In this document: positions 1-12,760 of the stretch, piece by piece
Position numbering within the stretch: position 1 is the stretch's first letter
How the letters are laid out: each line of letters starts with the position of its first letter
Assembly: GCA_977030845.1 (NCBI GenBank)
Contig: OZ365110.1
Coordinates: forward strand, 38,316,001 to 38,380,000
From: Fimbriosthenelais zetlandica
Taxonomy: Eukaryota
Length of the DNA stretch: 64,000 nucleotides
Direction: 5' to 3'
Program-made: the position numbers and the translations under genes
The notes under the pieces: generated by a model
The model's database searches: none
The model's input: only the letters and a program-made list of their open reading frames with translations
What the model was told of the DNA's origin: nothing

Positions 1-804
1 CTTTTTCCTTGAATCGTCTCGATCACACCCACTATAATGTCGCACCTGTCCACCTTAAATGAAAGGTTGTGGATTCACCAGGTTGTTGACATTTAATAAA
101 GGTTCATTTCTATGGATAATAGCCCCTGCTTTGCATGATGTAGGCACATCTACAGGTAGTGTTTCTTTCAGATAGAGCACAATAGATCCAGGTCTGTGAT
201 TGTCCCAGTGCTCCACAGGTTAATTGAACAGTATGAGAAAATGTGGATGGATAATATTAATTGTCAGTGCATTTTGTTCTACACGCTATATATCAGCAGA
301 TTATACTTATAATAAATAATATGTATCCAGTAATGGGTTCTCCTGTATCATAATAATAATAATGTATTCTCATTTGAATCACCTGTGCAACATTTGCAAT
401 GATTCAAATAAAGGTTCGCTACACTGAGTTGGGGGCCAAGATTTATTGCGATTTCCATTTAAAACATAAATCATCACTGACGGTAAGCTTCATAGGATAG
501 AGAGCTAAAAACGGACTTAGAGGCTGTAAGAAAGAGCTGAGGGGAAGTGCTAATGTATACATTCCATTTCACTTCTTTGTTTGATTTAAAACCTGTTATA
601 AAACACGAGCCCAAGCTTTTAACTCTCTTTGCGCTTGGCTGAGTCACCCACCTGCAGTGATATATACAATGATTCTCTGATATTATAATGTCTCATCCCC
701 GTGGATTGTTCTGATTGCCTTGATGGAAACTGGGAGGGATGGGCTTTTTCTGCAAAATGGAGGTCTTCAGGCAGGACTTACTTAAAAAGTAGGACTAAGG
801 AGAT

Positions 805-838
805 GGAAAAATCCACTGGAGGGAAAAATCCACTGGAG
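805..838. repeat. 17-bp direct tandem duplication
   Basis: GGAAAAATCCACTGGAG at 805-821 and an identical copy at 822-838. Confidence 0.9.
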
Positions 839-3523
839 TAACAATTGGTGGGTGTACCCAACCTTCCCCCCACCCAACCCCGGCCGTTTTCCCTTTTTTT
901 AAATGAAAGCGGCTCTGCATGGGAAGGGCAAGGATGATGACTGAGCAGTGCCATGATCATGATGACATCATTCATGAGGGAGTCATCATTTTCATGCATA
1001 TTACGTATATTGGCCAGGGACAAGGCTGACAGAAATTCTGCTGACGTGGTGGGAAGGATTTAAGTGGGAAGTATGCATGATTAGGTCCTGTCCTCCCTTC
1101 CCATTCTGCCAGCCCTTTCCCCTTTCTTATCCCCTTGTTGGTTCGAGTACATTATGCATAGCTCCAGCAATTTATCATTTCTCCCAATCTCTATTCTCTC
1201 GCTCCCACCCACCCTCTCTCTCACTCTTGGTCTCTCTCCCCATCTGCCCATCAGTCACAAGCAGTATATGCAGAGATAATTGAATTAGGCTACAAATATA
1301 TATATTCCTATTTAGCAATCCCATTGTGTAGCCTTAGGAACGCAGTCATATATTTCTACATCTGCAAGATTCTTATTTCATTTCCCACTAGCCATAATCA
1401 CCATGGCTTCTCACCATACTAGGCAATACAAAATAGGCTTCATTTCTGAAATATCCAATTTCACGAGCCCGTAGTCGTACTCTTCACTATCTGGTTTTAG
1501 AAGTTGTGCCATCGCAAAATCAGTGCTGCACTGACAACCATGATTGACATTGCTAAAAAGATGTCATAGTACGTGCAAAAAAAACAGTGCGTTTTAATAT
1601 TCATATTTATGGGACATGATGAGTAGGAAACAATACACTTTCATGGAAAGCCCCATTGCAGTCAAGCAAACGGCAGTATTTAATGATTTATGATAATTCA
1701 AACTAGTTCACTTTAGGGAGTTCCATCATTGATTCCAACACCATTTCATCATCCCAATCACTGAAGTAATTGCTTTTAATTGACCTTTGATCATTTTCTA
1801 TGGTTTATGTGTGATATGCTGTGAATGACAGTTCATTAGTCAATTCTATGGAAATGAGATGAAATTTTCTCCCTTGGAATAATTGATTTGCTTCATTCAA
1901 CTGAGACTAAACAAATTAATTCCACAGGTTTTTGTTCACTTGGTAGTCACGGGCCCTAATCATGATCACTTTGTCATGATTGCAGCCGGAGATGAACCCT
2001 CAAAAAGATAGGGAACGGAATAGAAATAAAAACAAAAAATCGGAAAAAATCGAGAAAAACCATCAGGATTTTCATCTTCAGGACAAAGGTGAGCTGAAAT
2101 TGGTAATGGTAATCCTATGGGCATGGACAACGCATCTCTGTTGTGAAACAAGCGACTGAATACATAGTGGATATGCCAGCATCGTCGATTTGCTAGCCAG
2201 ATTGGGCAAATGACATATCGAGAAAATGACATTCATGCAATTGCCAGTCACATTATAATAACCATTATGGAGATACTTTTGGACAAAAATCGGCAAGTTC
2301 TTATGGGACTAAAGGGCAGTAGTTATAGAGGGAAAGGTTGGAACTGAGGAGAAGACCTTTAGACGCATGTCATGTTTCTCATATTTGCTCACTTCCTATC
2401 TTGAGCCTTACAAAGGAAATGAATCTTTCCTTTGGGTGGAAAGGCATGAATACCCAAATAGTCGGCCTCATATATGGGTCTAGAGTTCTGTGTGCATTAG
2501 ACATTGAAGAAAGACAAGTTACACGGACCTAGATCATAGATGTTGGATAGATCATAGATGCTCTAAAAAAAACTCGCCTGGAACTAGTTGCTAAAGTAAG
2601 ATGCCAGCAATTGCCTATAAAGTAAATTTATGTGGTGCACCGTTGTTCCAGGAACAGGCTCCTGGGAACTGTTTCTCATCCACGAGATGCTATACAATTA
2701 AATCAGCCTAAGGATAGAGGTATTTGCCGAACATATGTTCATGTCCAGGATTTGATAAAAAGAGGTGGTGGGCATAACATGGAATGATATAGCTATAACT
2801 CGTATGCCTGCCTTTGAAAGCATGACTTGTAGGCATGCAATTTCGTATGAAAAACCTTGGACCAGACACCTCATGCACCAGCTAAGTGACCATATGGCCA
2901 CCTACATATTTCAACTCCTCCATAACCATGTTACCAGAGAGACCTTCATATCGGCAGAAACTTATACATCAACCTAGATACCAGGAGGTCATTTCCTACA
3001 GATCGAAGTATATGGTCGCCATAACAGCACCAATATAGTCAAGCTTTCCCCCGTTATGCATTGATATTTCTTGTATCAAAAATGGATACAATCTCACGTA
3101 GGAAGCCATATTGGATGGGACTGAACTTTGAGAGGAGGCAAAGGTTACAGAAGAAAGTCGGACAAGTGCAATTCAACTCAACAGTCTTTGGAAATCCTTG
3201 AAAAGGGAAATGTGAAAGGTTAGCTTGAAGAAAGGACATATTGTAAAAGGCCATTTTTCTTGGGATCGAAATAGAATTCAACCGTACTATTGAAGGTATA
3301 GAAAGTAACTGGTATTATAAAAACATTAATCATTTCAAATCTTTTTACAATGCGTTTAACAATTAGGTACATTGCAGTAAAACTTGTTAGAAAAGAATGG
3401 AAAGATATTTAACACTATAATCAAAACCATCGCATTATGCTTTCCACTCAAATCTTGGCCTGATTATTTGTCTGAGGACAGAGAAAAACTGTCTTTCTTA
3501 CTTATGCAGTGAGTGAGCTGGGC

Positions 3524-3537
3524 GTTACCATGGAAAC
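3524..3537. promoter_or_regulatory. RFX X-box-like motif
   Basis: GTTACCATGGAAAC matches the X-box consensus GTNRCC(N0-3)RGYAAC closely. Function is not shown. Confidence 0.35.
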
Positions 3538-5399
3538 TCGTCTAATTATCCGATACAAGAAGTCCTGGCCCCATTTCTAGAATGAAGTGCCTTTCTCCCG
3601 ACCCTTACTTGCCTATGTCATAAATTATCAAGCATTTCGGTGTCTGCTGACCATGGAAAGGAAGGACCATCTGACCTCTCAAGAAAGTAACATTATTATA
3701 GACTCTGAGATTCTGAGCTGTTCGATATTTGAAGCATCTTATAAGAGTGGGAGCTACAAGGAAGTTTCTTAAAATCCAAATAAGATTTCAAATTGTGATG
3801 AAAATGAGCTATGCAGAAAATCCTTCATGCAGTATCTTATAACAGAATGCTATAGCATAATATGCTCGGATCAGTTCAATATGCGGCCTCAGGCCAGTTA
3901 TGAGATTAGACTTTTCAGACTTGCATGTAGTTTTACTATAGGTAATAAGAAACTACTGAAACAGGACATTATTTCCATCATCATACAAAATGGACATATC
4001 GTTCTTGTTTTATCCTCTTTGCACTTAAGGAAATTTCAGCTGCATGTACCTTCCGCTTTACGACCGATACATCAAAAAGTAAAACTGTTACATTATTTAG
4101 TATTTGAAGTATTTTAATTAAAAAGGATGACACCTCATCCATCCATCCTTCCAAATTAGGAAAAAAACATAATCATAGTAGCTGTAGCTGAGACGAAAAA
4201 GGAAAAGCAATATCCTTAAGGGAAAAGATCTGCTTCAATGTTAAGACAAGAGCAAGTATATGGAATACCTCTTCCCCCATGGAAAGAAATGATAGTTTAG
4301 GATAATGACAAGGAGATTGGAATAGGATACCCAGCTTTCTTTTTATAATTAAGTCATAGAGGAGCAGGTGATTTAACGAGGAAGAATGTAATATTGTATA
4401 CAAGGAAAAATTAGGTTAGTTAGTGATTACAGGTGCGCGTTGGTCGTTTTGTGTAAAGAGTGGTGTTTTTTTCATGCATTTATAATGTTCATATTTTCGT
4501 ATGATAAGGATAACCACAGGCTTAATGGGAGCTTTAATTGAAATTGGTAGGGAATATTAGGCCATATCTTGGCCATATATTTTCCTAGAATGTTTAAAGC
4601 AGTTTCAGACGTATTACCACAGTAACTAGATCTGGACTATAACACCAGAGCTCATGTCTATGAATGTATGGGAGGTCCGGTAATGAAAACTCATTAGGGC
4701 AGAGCGAAACGAGGGCATTGCTTTACCTTCATCATTATAGATTGCTGCAAGTGCTGTTTGCGAATTTATTATTTTTTATTTCAATTCTTCATTAAATTAA
4801 ATGTTCTATTAAAAATACAATAGGCGATGAAATTGAAGGGGGATTAATCAATTTAAATTAAGAAATTTAAGTACAGAATCATAAAAAGCAATTTGATTAA
4901 AATCTTTTATAAAGTATTTGAACTAGGTTGGGTGATTGAATATAAAATGAAAGTATTGGCTGAAAGTAATCGATGTGGATTTATTGGTTTCTGGGTGGCC
5001 AAACTGCACTTGATAAACGGGAGGGACGGCCAACTACCCATTGTATGATTACTGCTTTGGTTCGACAATAAACATGTTGAATCAACTCTTTTTCCGGTAC
5101 AGTACCAACAAATATCAAGTCCTTTACTGAAATATTTAATAACCATGTTTGACATTATAGATCATACTAAAAAAGGGAATTTGTTCCCAGCAGTATATCA
5201 GATGCCTGTCACAGATTGGCCACAATTATTGTAAAATTCACACCGAATCAAAATTGCATAAATATTTATGACAAGTTTGCAAGGATGGTTTGTGTGTTAA
5301 ATGTGACCGTGAAAAATGAACTATTTGAGAAAGTGCTTACCATTCAATATTGAATTTCTGCAGTCAATTCCGATGGAATATTGATGGATAATTTCAAAT

Positions 5400-5600
5400 C
5401 AAGCCAGAATTTGGCTCAGTGGAATAATGTTTGTTAGGTGGAAGCCAGAATGGCATGCATTCTTTATGATTATGTATTTTTCCCAAAAACGTCTCTAGTT
5501 AGAAGCTCATTGGAGATGTTAAGACAGGTTTGGAACCTTTGATTAAATGAGGAAGGGAAATGATTGAGTTGATTGGTGGGAATCTTGAACTTTCTCCAAC
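5400..5600 (-). mobile_element. Possible decayed CR1/L2-type LINE ORF2 C-terminal remnant
   Basis: The minus frame reads LEKVQ...HLQ*ASN*RRF...KYIII, loosely resembling the LE(R/K)VQRR...L..RR...YKI region of CR1-like RTs. It has many stops. Confidence 0.25.
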
Positions 5601-8453
5601 TGAGTTAGTTATATATTGGGGGACGTGGAGCTTTGAAGGGTGTGCTCACGGTGGAGGTGTGGCGGTAACAACATGAACTGGGGGCCAATACAAGCAAGCT
5701 AATCTATAGTTACTGCAGTCAATTACCCAGCTTCGCCATCCTATTTTCCCTCTAGCTACCGTCCACAAAAAAGCAGGATGGAAAACTCTACACTTGGTGA
5801 TTTATTCGCTCGAACCCCAGTTAAACTTCAGCAGTGGCACAAACAAGCACAAAAAGCAACCAGAATCAATTCTGTCCACATGTGTGTTTTTCTCCTCTTT
5901 CTTGCTTGCGTTACACAGAGTAGTTTATGAGCTAGGTTTCTCTGGAGAACAGATTCAAAATATTATGGCAGATGATTGTATAACATAACCTTTGTCTAAC
6001 AAAATCCATATTGTACAGCCAAAAAATCCACTCTCACATTCAGGTACAGAAAGGGGACTATAATTCAATAGTGTATGAAGCATGTTGTAGGTGACTTTTA
6101 ATTTTCAATTTTATATACTTTGTAAAAGGAATAAAAGCATTGCCTGGGTTAAATAAGCCTTTAATGGGACAGAATTGGGTTGATATACGGATATCAGTTA
6201 ATAAATTCCTAATATCAAATTTTCAATCCAAGTGGTTTCACTTTCAGGCTCTTTATCATTACTTAAGCACCCCGAGTCGGCTTCCCGATGGCAGGATAAA
6301 TGATCGCCGAAGAAGTCCCCAATCTGTACTCATATCGCTTTCAACTAGGCAAACCCATGTCTGCATAGAGAAGCTGGGAGATTATAAGGGTCTAGTCGTG
6401 ATGGGAATATTTAGTACAACCCCTTCATCTCCTCATTCCCAATCACAAGCCAAAGGCCTGCAGGCAATTCACCCTTTTAATTGCCTCTTTTGGCAAAGCG
6501 AGCTTTGAGCCTCCGTTAAGGGGTCGCACGCGTTCAGGCCACAGCTCTGTATCCACAACTCCTAATCCTGACATTTTTCTCTCTCCCTCACTTTATTCCA
6601 CACTTCAGGGGAACTGCCGCATGTTAACTGCTGACAAAATCTGCAGGAAACTGTCAAGTTTAAACTAGTATTTACTAAACAAAATTGCTTGTGCAATCTC
6701 GTCCAGATGCAGACGATAAGCTGTGGCTTGGATTCTATTTCAATGGATCGAGTTGTCGTCGATAATGTCAGATTTCCACGAGTCCTTCTCCAAAGGCAAT
6801 TTAATTCATAGCTACGGGAAATTGAGAAACCCTACGGTAAAAAATGAAGACCATTTATTACAACTGCAGACAGACATGGGGATTTCTTTTTATAGGATCG
6901 CAAGTCAACCTTGGTAATAAAATAACAAGAACCAACTTAAAATGGCAAAAATCTGTTTCCTAGTAGTATGCCCTATTTTCTTTATTCCAGTTGATTGCAG
7001 GCACTTTAGATATAAATAATATACCAGAAAAAAAGGCTATATGACCATCCAGATCCCACCCCCAGGGAATCTCTTCCGGTATGATCTCTATGAATATAGA
7101 TTTGGACCTCCCTGTCTTGCCCGTGCTCACATTGCGAAAGGCTATCCCGTTTATATGTCCTCATATTGCATATCTCAAGCTATGATCGTTCAGCATTTGA
7201 CTCCCTTCTAGCATTTTCAGATTAAATGCAGAGGCAGTGAACACCTCTGAATCATAATACTTCTTCCCAAATTACGATCTTACTGCATTCATTTATGCAA
7301 AGAGAAATGGCCAAAGGTGTATATAGACTCTTAGAAAGCTTTTTGCCAACATCCTGAGACCCTCTGTTCAAGCTTAGTAAATGCTAAAACTAATGAAGTG
7401 TGCTACATGACATCAGTCGTTGTAGATTATTCATTTGAAAACATTAAGGGCTCAAAAGTGAGCAGTATTTATAAGCTAATGTCCTTGTCTACGTTGGTCT
7501 GTATAATAGAGGCATACATCAGTGTATAGAAGTTAAAAGAACGGATTACATTTTACAAGAGAGTTGTTGAGGAACTGCCGGAACTAATGTTTTCTGACAG
7601 TCACAAGTGAACGAACAGGAGAGCGATATGCTACAGAATTAAGTGTCGATACATCAGATGTTAAAGTTGTAGTTGTTCCTAGAATTAATGCCAATAGTGG
7701 TAAAAAGTAGTTAGTGATTATTCAAAGATCACATCGTAAACAGTTTACGAAGTCCGAAACAAAAGGAAGAAGTCAAATTTAGGCCCTGATCATCATGCAT
7801 ATATTATTTAAAATCTAATATTAGTAAAATCTTAATCTATAAATCAGATCAGAAATCTGAATAATCTTACATTATATTACCGTAATACGTTGAATTATGC
7901 AATCATCGCCTTATAGAAAAATATGAACATCTACCTACCTAACTTAACTGGGTTCTCTCCTGTCAGCAAACTCTACTATTCTGCATTTTCCATCCCCTTG
8001 TGGGCCTTAAATAAAAATGGACATCCAGATTAATTATCACAATAGGAGGAATTACTAATTTTAAAATTAATGAAAATCGAGAATAGGTTAAGGGTTGATT
8101 CCCTGGGGATAGTTTCTATCTTGATTGACATTCACAGAGCGGACATGCTTATCAATTAGGAATCCGAACACACGCTTGGAAATGTAATATCTCAAGGAAA
8201 ATTGGATGCAGTGATCGGAATGTAAGCGGCACAGGTGTTCTGAACCTTCATTACGCTACAGTCAGCAATTGAAGCATAATTATGAGGGGAGGCAGGACGA
8301 AGATAAGCACATCTGTGATTAAATATGAAATTCTCTTGTTAGAGGGGCCTGTAACTAAATCAGGAAGTCCACAGACTATTTACTTTCTTACCATGTAGGT
8401 TCTCTGAAATGCAATGGCAAGTTTTCTAGGTCCCCTTGCATAAGTGGAGGGAA

Positions 8454-8684
8454 CCTGCACAGCCAATATTCACTGGCATCTTCCACAGGGAAAAAATCGC
8501 AGGGAAAATCCCGCGAGGACCCCTGCAAGGGATACCTGCTTGCAAAAAGTCTGTCGCAGCGCTGTAACGCTGGAGTTTTCTGTCAAAGCGTTTTCCCTCA
8601 CTGCAAGCCCAGCATGCGCAGGATTTTCCCTGTGATTTTTTTCCTCTGACCGATGCTAATGAAAGTTTATTTTCCTGTGACAGG
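8454..8684. mobile_element. Foldback MITE-like non-autonomous DNA element (~230 bp)
   Basis: 8486-8515 (CAGGGAAAAAATCGCAGGGAAAATCCCGCG) is a near-perfect inverted repeat of 8617-8648. Pairing extends outward through TTCACTGGCATC/GATGCTAATGAA and CCTGCACAG/CTGTGACAGG. No clear TSD. Confidence 0.7.
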
Positions 8685-9929
8685 GGCATTGCACCTACAG
8701 GCCATATTTAGGTGTATATAATCTAGGTTTGGAGAGATTTAGAGATTTTGTAAACCCTGCAATCTGAACCTTGGCGGGTGGGTTTCACAATATATTACTA
8801 CAACACCATAAACCATATCCATTGCTTTATAGGTAGAGCTGTGGGCAGAGAAGGTGGTATAGTACCAGATGGATGGCTTCAGTGACACTCTGAGGATGCC
8901 TCACATTTCAGAACCTTCTACTTTGGAGGGGGATTAGGATCTTCAGGGTCCTTGGATACCCCACTGGGGAGATGGTGTGGGACATGGATGTTGATTGGCT
9001 GCCTATCGTCCCCTGTTGGTGAGCTGGAATGACTTGTTGAAATCGGAATACTGCATGAAATATGGCTGGCTTAGCTGCTCTGAGCTTCACCTGAGAGAAT
9101 ATAGGTTTAGTGAGGTGAAAGCGACAACAGGCTATCAGGATGAGGGCTCATCTGGAAGCTTCTTGACAAGGACAACGCCTTTATCACATCTGCAAGTGCA
9201 TAATTTACGTGTAGGATTTCCTTCACCAAATTCCAGCTTATCATGTATACAAGGGGCACACTTTAATAGCTGAATATTTTTCCAATAAATAAACTAGGCA
9301 GTAGAAGCTAGGAATATATTTTCATAAGTTTCTATAGAGATAAGTATGTCAGTATAAGGGCTTATAAATGCTAAAGGAATATTTTTAAATGGGTCATTTC
9401 CATAAAATGCATTTGAGTCTTCATCCTATCTTATCCTTTATCCACTTATCCTCCCTGGGTAGCGATATAAATCTCGTATAAACAAGGGCAATTTTCATAG
9501 AAAAACTAATACAAAATTAAATAAGTAACCCACCGGCCTAACATCGGTAGATGTAATTCATTTTTTATGTGAAAGCCCATGAAGGTACTGCCTATAATGC
9601 AAGGGATTTGGCATCCAGGGGAGGGCGTGGGCGGGCCAGGATACGGGATGACACTAATCACTCTTTTCTACTTGTATTTCTCATGGTATTCATGCCAAAT
9701 TTATGAAGAAAACATGATCCTTCCCATTATTACCTAGAAACCTACATGTGGCTTCAAAATAAACACGTGCTTGAACCGCATGAGGGAGTGGGCGTGGTCC
9801 ATGGCGTGTTATAGTGAGAGTCTAAGTGAATAAAGTTAACTTAAGATAAGATAACTTCAATAAAATCAATAAAATGGATGGTAATATGGGCAATATATTG
9901 ACAGATGCAGGTATATTCCCAGGTGTACA

Positions 9930-10240
9930 TCATTAAGGTATGCAATGTCAATTATGCGGTAGGATTATGATGAAGAGCAGCTCTTGGGAGTCATTTATTG
10001 ATAGCATACTTAACATTGGGCTCAGTATCCTCGGAGAACATTCTACCCAAGTATTTATTAACCTTCGCCCCAAGAGGGCATTGACCCTGTTATTATTTGT
10101 GTAAACTCCATACCCTCGTGTATATGGCCACATAACATTGCCCTTGGTGGCGTATTTCTCATGTGTTCTACCCCCTGACTTTAGACGCCTATTCAACCAT
10201 AATTGTAATGTATGTTCGCCTTGAGAAAACACCATAGGAG
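9930..10240 (-). mobile_element. Decayed LINE reverse transcriptase fragment
   Basis: One minus frame gives VNKYLGRMFSED..NVKYAINK followed by LMMYTWEY, resembling the late-RT KYLG motif and the downstream YG/EY motif. It is frameshifted and contains stops. Confidence 0.5.
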
Positions 10241-11293
10241 GACAGCGGTGGTCTTCTCAGCGATTATGGAAAAAAAACCCACATCCATCATGCATTAGTG
10301 GCCGATACCTAGACTCTGAAGTACTTTGCCGAAGTGGAAAGTTTTCTAGCTTACATTTCTGTAATGAAATGAATGAAGGAAAGATAAAATGAAAACTTCA
10401 CTCTGAAAGGACACATGACCTTTGTCGCTACTTTCACGAAATTAGTCCATTAACTTCAGTAACATTAGTCTCAGACTTAACCATTAACTTTATGATTTAG
10501 ACGAGACTTTAAATTGACAATTCTCTTTGCTTTATGGAGTATTAAATTCCATGCATCATGAGGAATGAGATATTCTTTTGTTATTCTATTTCATCATTTT
10601 GCGTGCCTATAGGAGTGGGCTTGTGCATACCTTAATAACGGAAACAACCTTTGTGTGCTTGATTTTCAGCTCCCACTGCCAGTAAATATTAGACAACTAA
10701 TTTTACATACTTGCCCTATATAAGTGAACTATTACATTACATTAACATATATGAACATGAAAATTCAAAACCGATTATTCACTTTTGGTATTGAAAGGTC
10801 GACTATTATATAATAGATCCCATTTCTTATATAGTTAGGCCTATTGTAGATACAAATATCATGAATCAGAGACAAGGTATTAAAAGTGGATAATTACTAA
10901 ACACTATAAGTAAATACTATACATGTATATATAAAGTTATAAAATGTTACATGACAGTATAATGAGGCCTATACGATAGAAATGTGGATATAACAATGCA
11001 GGATATTGCTATGATACAACACATATCAGGGTAGGGCTGTACCCGTACATAGACTGTGTTGAATATCAAAGGCATGGCTATCATAAAGGGACAGATGCAT
11101 TAGAAAGCACGGGCAATGGAGGCTGTCACCAGAAACTGCCATATTGTTGCAATTGTTATTCTAATGGTTGACAACCGATACCAGCCCTCGAATATTTATT
11201 ACATTCTTTGCTTCTTTTTTCACAGACATCTTCCTCTATCTGGAGTTGTATATAAGAACATAGAAACATGAGATGTTGGGAGATGCGTCTCAG

Positions 11294-11686
11294 GGGCCTG
11301 TTTCATAAAGAAACTGGGCTAAATTGGCTCATATATTATGGATTAATATTTGTTGGATTCTTTCTGAGGTTTAAGGTCATTTTCAACAATTTTTCATTTA
11401 AATCATGACGGTGCCTAGATGTGACAGTGAGCCCTATACCCTTTTATGCTGTTGCCTCACTGAAGTATCACATCGCAGGCACATGACAGTCGCATTATCT
11501 TCACACCAGACCGACCAGCCCTAGTACTCTCCTGTTACTGCCGAATGACAAACGAGGGAGCCAAGTGGCGACATTCCACGCAGAGGAGATACTCCAGGTC
11601 TTTTTGAAACAGGCCCCCGACTATATGAAATAGCTAATACAATAACTTTGGTTCACATAGTACATCTTTGTAAAAGAAACGGCCCC
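11294..11686. mobile_element. TIR element (MITE), Harbinger-like ends with CAG target duplication
   Basis: Left TIR GGGCCTGTTTCATAAAG at 11294-11310. Right TIR CTTTTTGAAACAGGCCC at 11600-11616 (1 mismatch). A second, more diverged right end CTTTGTAAAAGAAACGGCCCC lies at 11666-11686. CAG flanks both outer ends (11291-11293 and 11687-11689). Confidence 0.65.
11349..11577 (-). mobile_element. 5'-truncated SINE-like body and tail nested in the MITE
   Basis: The minus strand reads ...GGCTGGTCGGTCTGGTGTGAAGATAATG...GATACTTCAGTGAGGCAACAGCAT...CACCGTCATGATTTAAATGAAAAATTGTTGAAAATGACCTTAAACC...CAACAAA. From memory this resembles the body and 3' end of a tRNA-derived SINE abundant in molluscs and other invertebrates. 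No tRNA head is visible, and the family is not verified. Confidence 0.5.
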
Positions 11687-12489
11687 CAGAAAGGAAGTTG
11701 CATGGTTGGTTTAACCCCCAATTTTTGTCCGCCTCATATATTTGTATTAGCATCAAGTTCGCAGGATGATAGGCATTTCATTTATCCCATTATCCCTTTG
11801 TTAGGGCAGATTCTTTTCCAATTGAGAAGAATGGGACCGACACAAGATCCACGAATTAAATGCCGATTAGTTTCTTGCATGAGGAATGCAATTATACGGG
11901 AAGAGATGGAAAGAATCGCCAAAAGAATCAAAATGAAGGATCTTCTTTTGAATAATGGTATAGAATGAAGAAAGGATAAATATTGTTAAGCCCTAGATAA
12001 TGAACGAAATGGACCTTTCCATGGGGATAGATTAATTTATACATGAGGGGTTTTATATCAAATCAAGATGCATTTAGGCATCAATCAAATTTAATTAAGG
12101 CACATCAGACAGGGCACACCATGTGTAAATCAAACTCAATGGCCTATATTTTTCCGAAAATGAAAGAAGCCTGCTCAGAGGCTGGTGAGATGGAGCCAAT
12201 TTCCTGGGTTCAAGATTCTTTGGAAGTTTTGGTCCGAGATACATTATTTCTGTGATCACGCGAGATATCGGTCAGCAGCTGACCCTAATAACCTGACTCA
12301 TGATCAAAAAGATAGGGACAAACCATAAAGAGGTAACCTCAAAGAGAGTGCCCATATAACACGTAAGTCTAGGAGGTTGGCCAGCTTTATACTTTTGTTA
12401 TAGTGTTCTCGGGGGAGTATGGTGCATGAGGATGAGTTATAGTAAGCTTACAATGACATTGAGTAATTAAGAATACCACTGGTTGGTGG

Positions 12490-12760
12490 AGAGGTGGAAT
12501 AATATATAGCTAAGGAGGAGTGAAGGTGAAATGAGCGGTGGCGAAAGAAACAAATGGAAAAAGAAAGAGGGGGGGGGGGGGGGGGACAAAAAAGAATGAT
12601 GGGGAGTGGGACAGAAAGAGAGGGAGATTGGGTGAGAAAGGTAGAGAGAGAGGGGACAGAGATAGGAGTGGGTGGAGGAGAGAGACGGAGAGAGATAGAG
12701 AGAAAGGAGAAAGAGGGAGAGATGTATTTGTGCGAGAGAAAAAGAACTGATTGGGAGAAC
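12490..12760 (+). repeat. Purine-rich (GA) low-complexity tract with G17 run
   Basis: Mostly A/G sequence with an uninterrupted G run at 12569-12585. It explains the spurious R/E/G-rich and S/L/P-rich ORFs here. Confidence 0.9.

Noticed and set aside
172-218. Plus-strand 47-nt exon candidate (IEHNRSRSVIVPVLHR)
   Set aside because: The donor (GTTAAT) is weak, there is no recognisable homology and no partner exons.
12300-12470. APE endonuclease remnant after the CT tract
   Set aside because: Translation of all three minus frames gave no convincing motif series.
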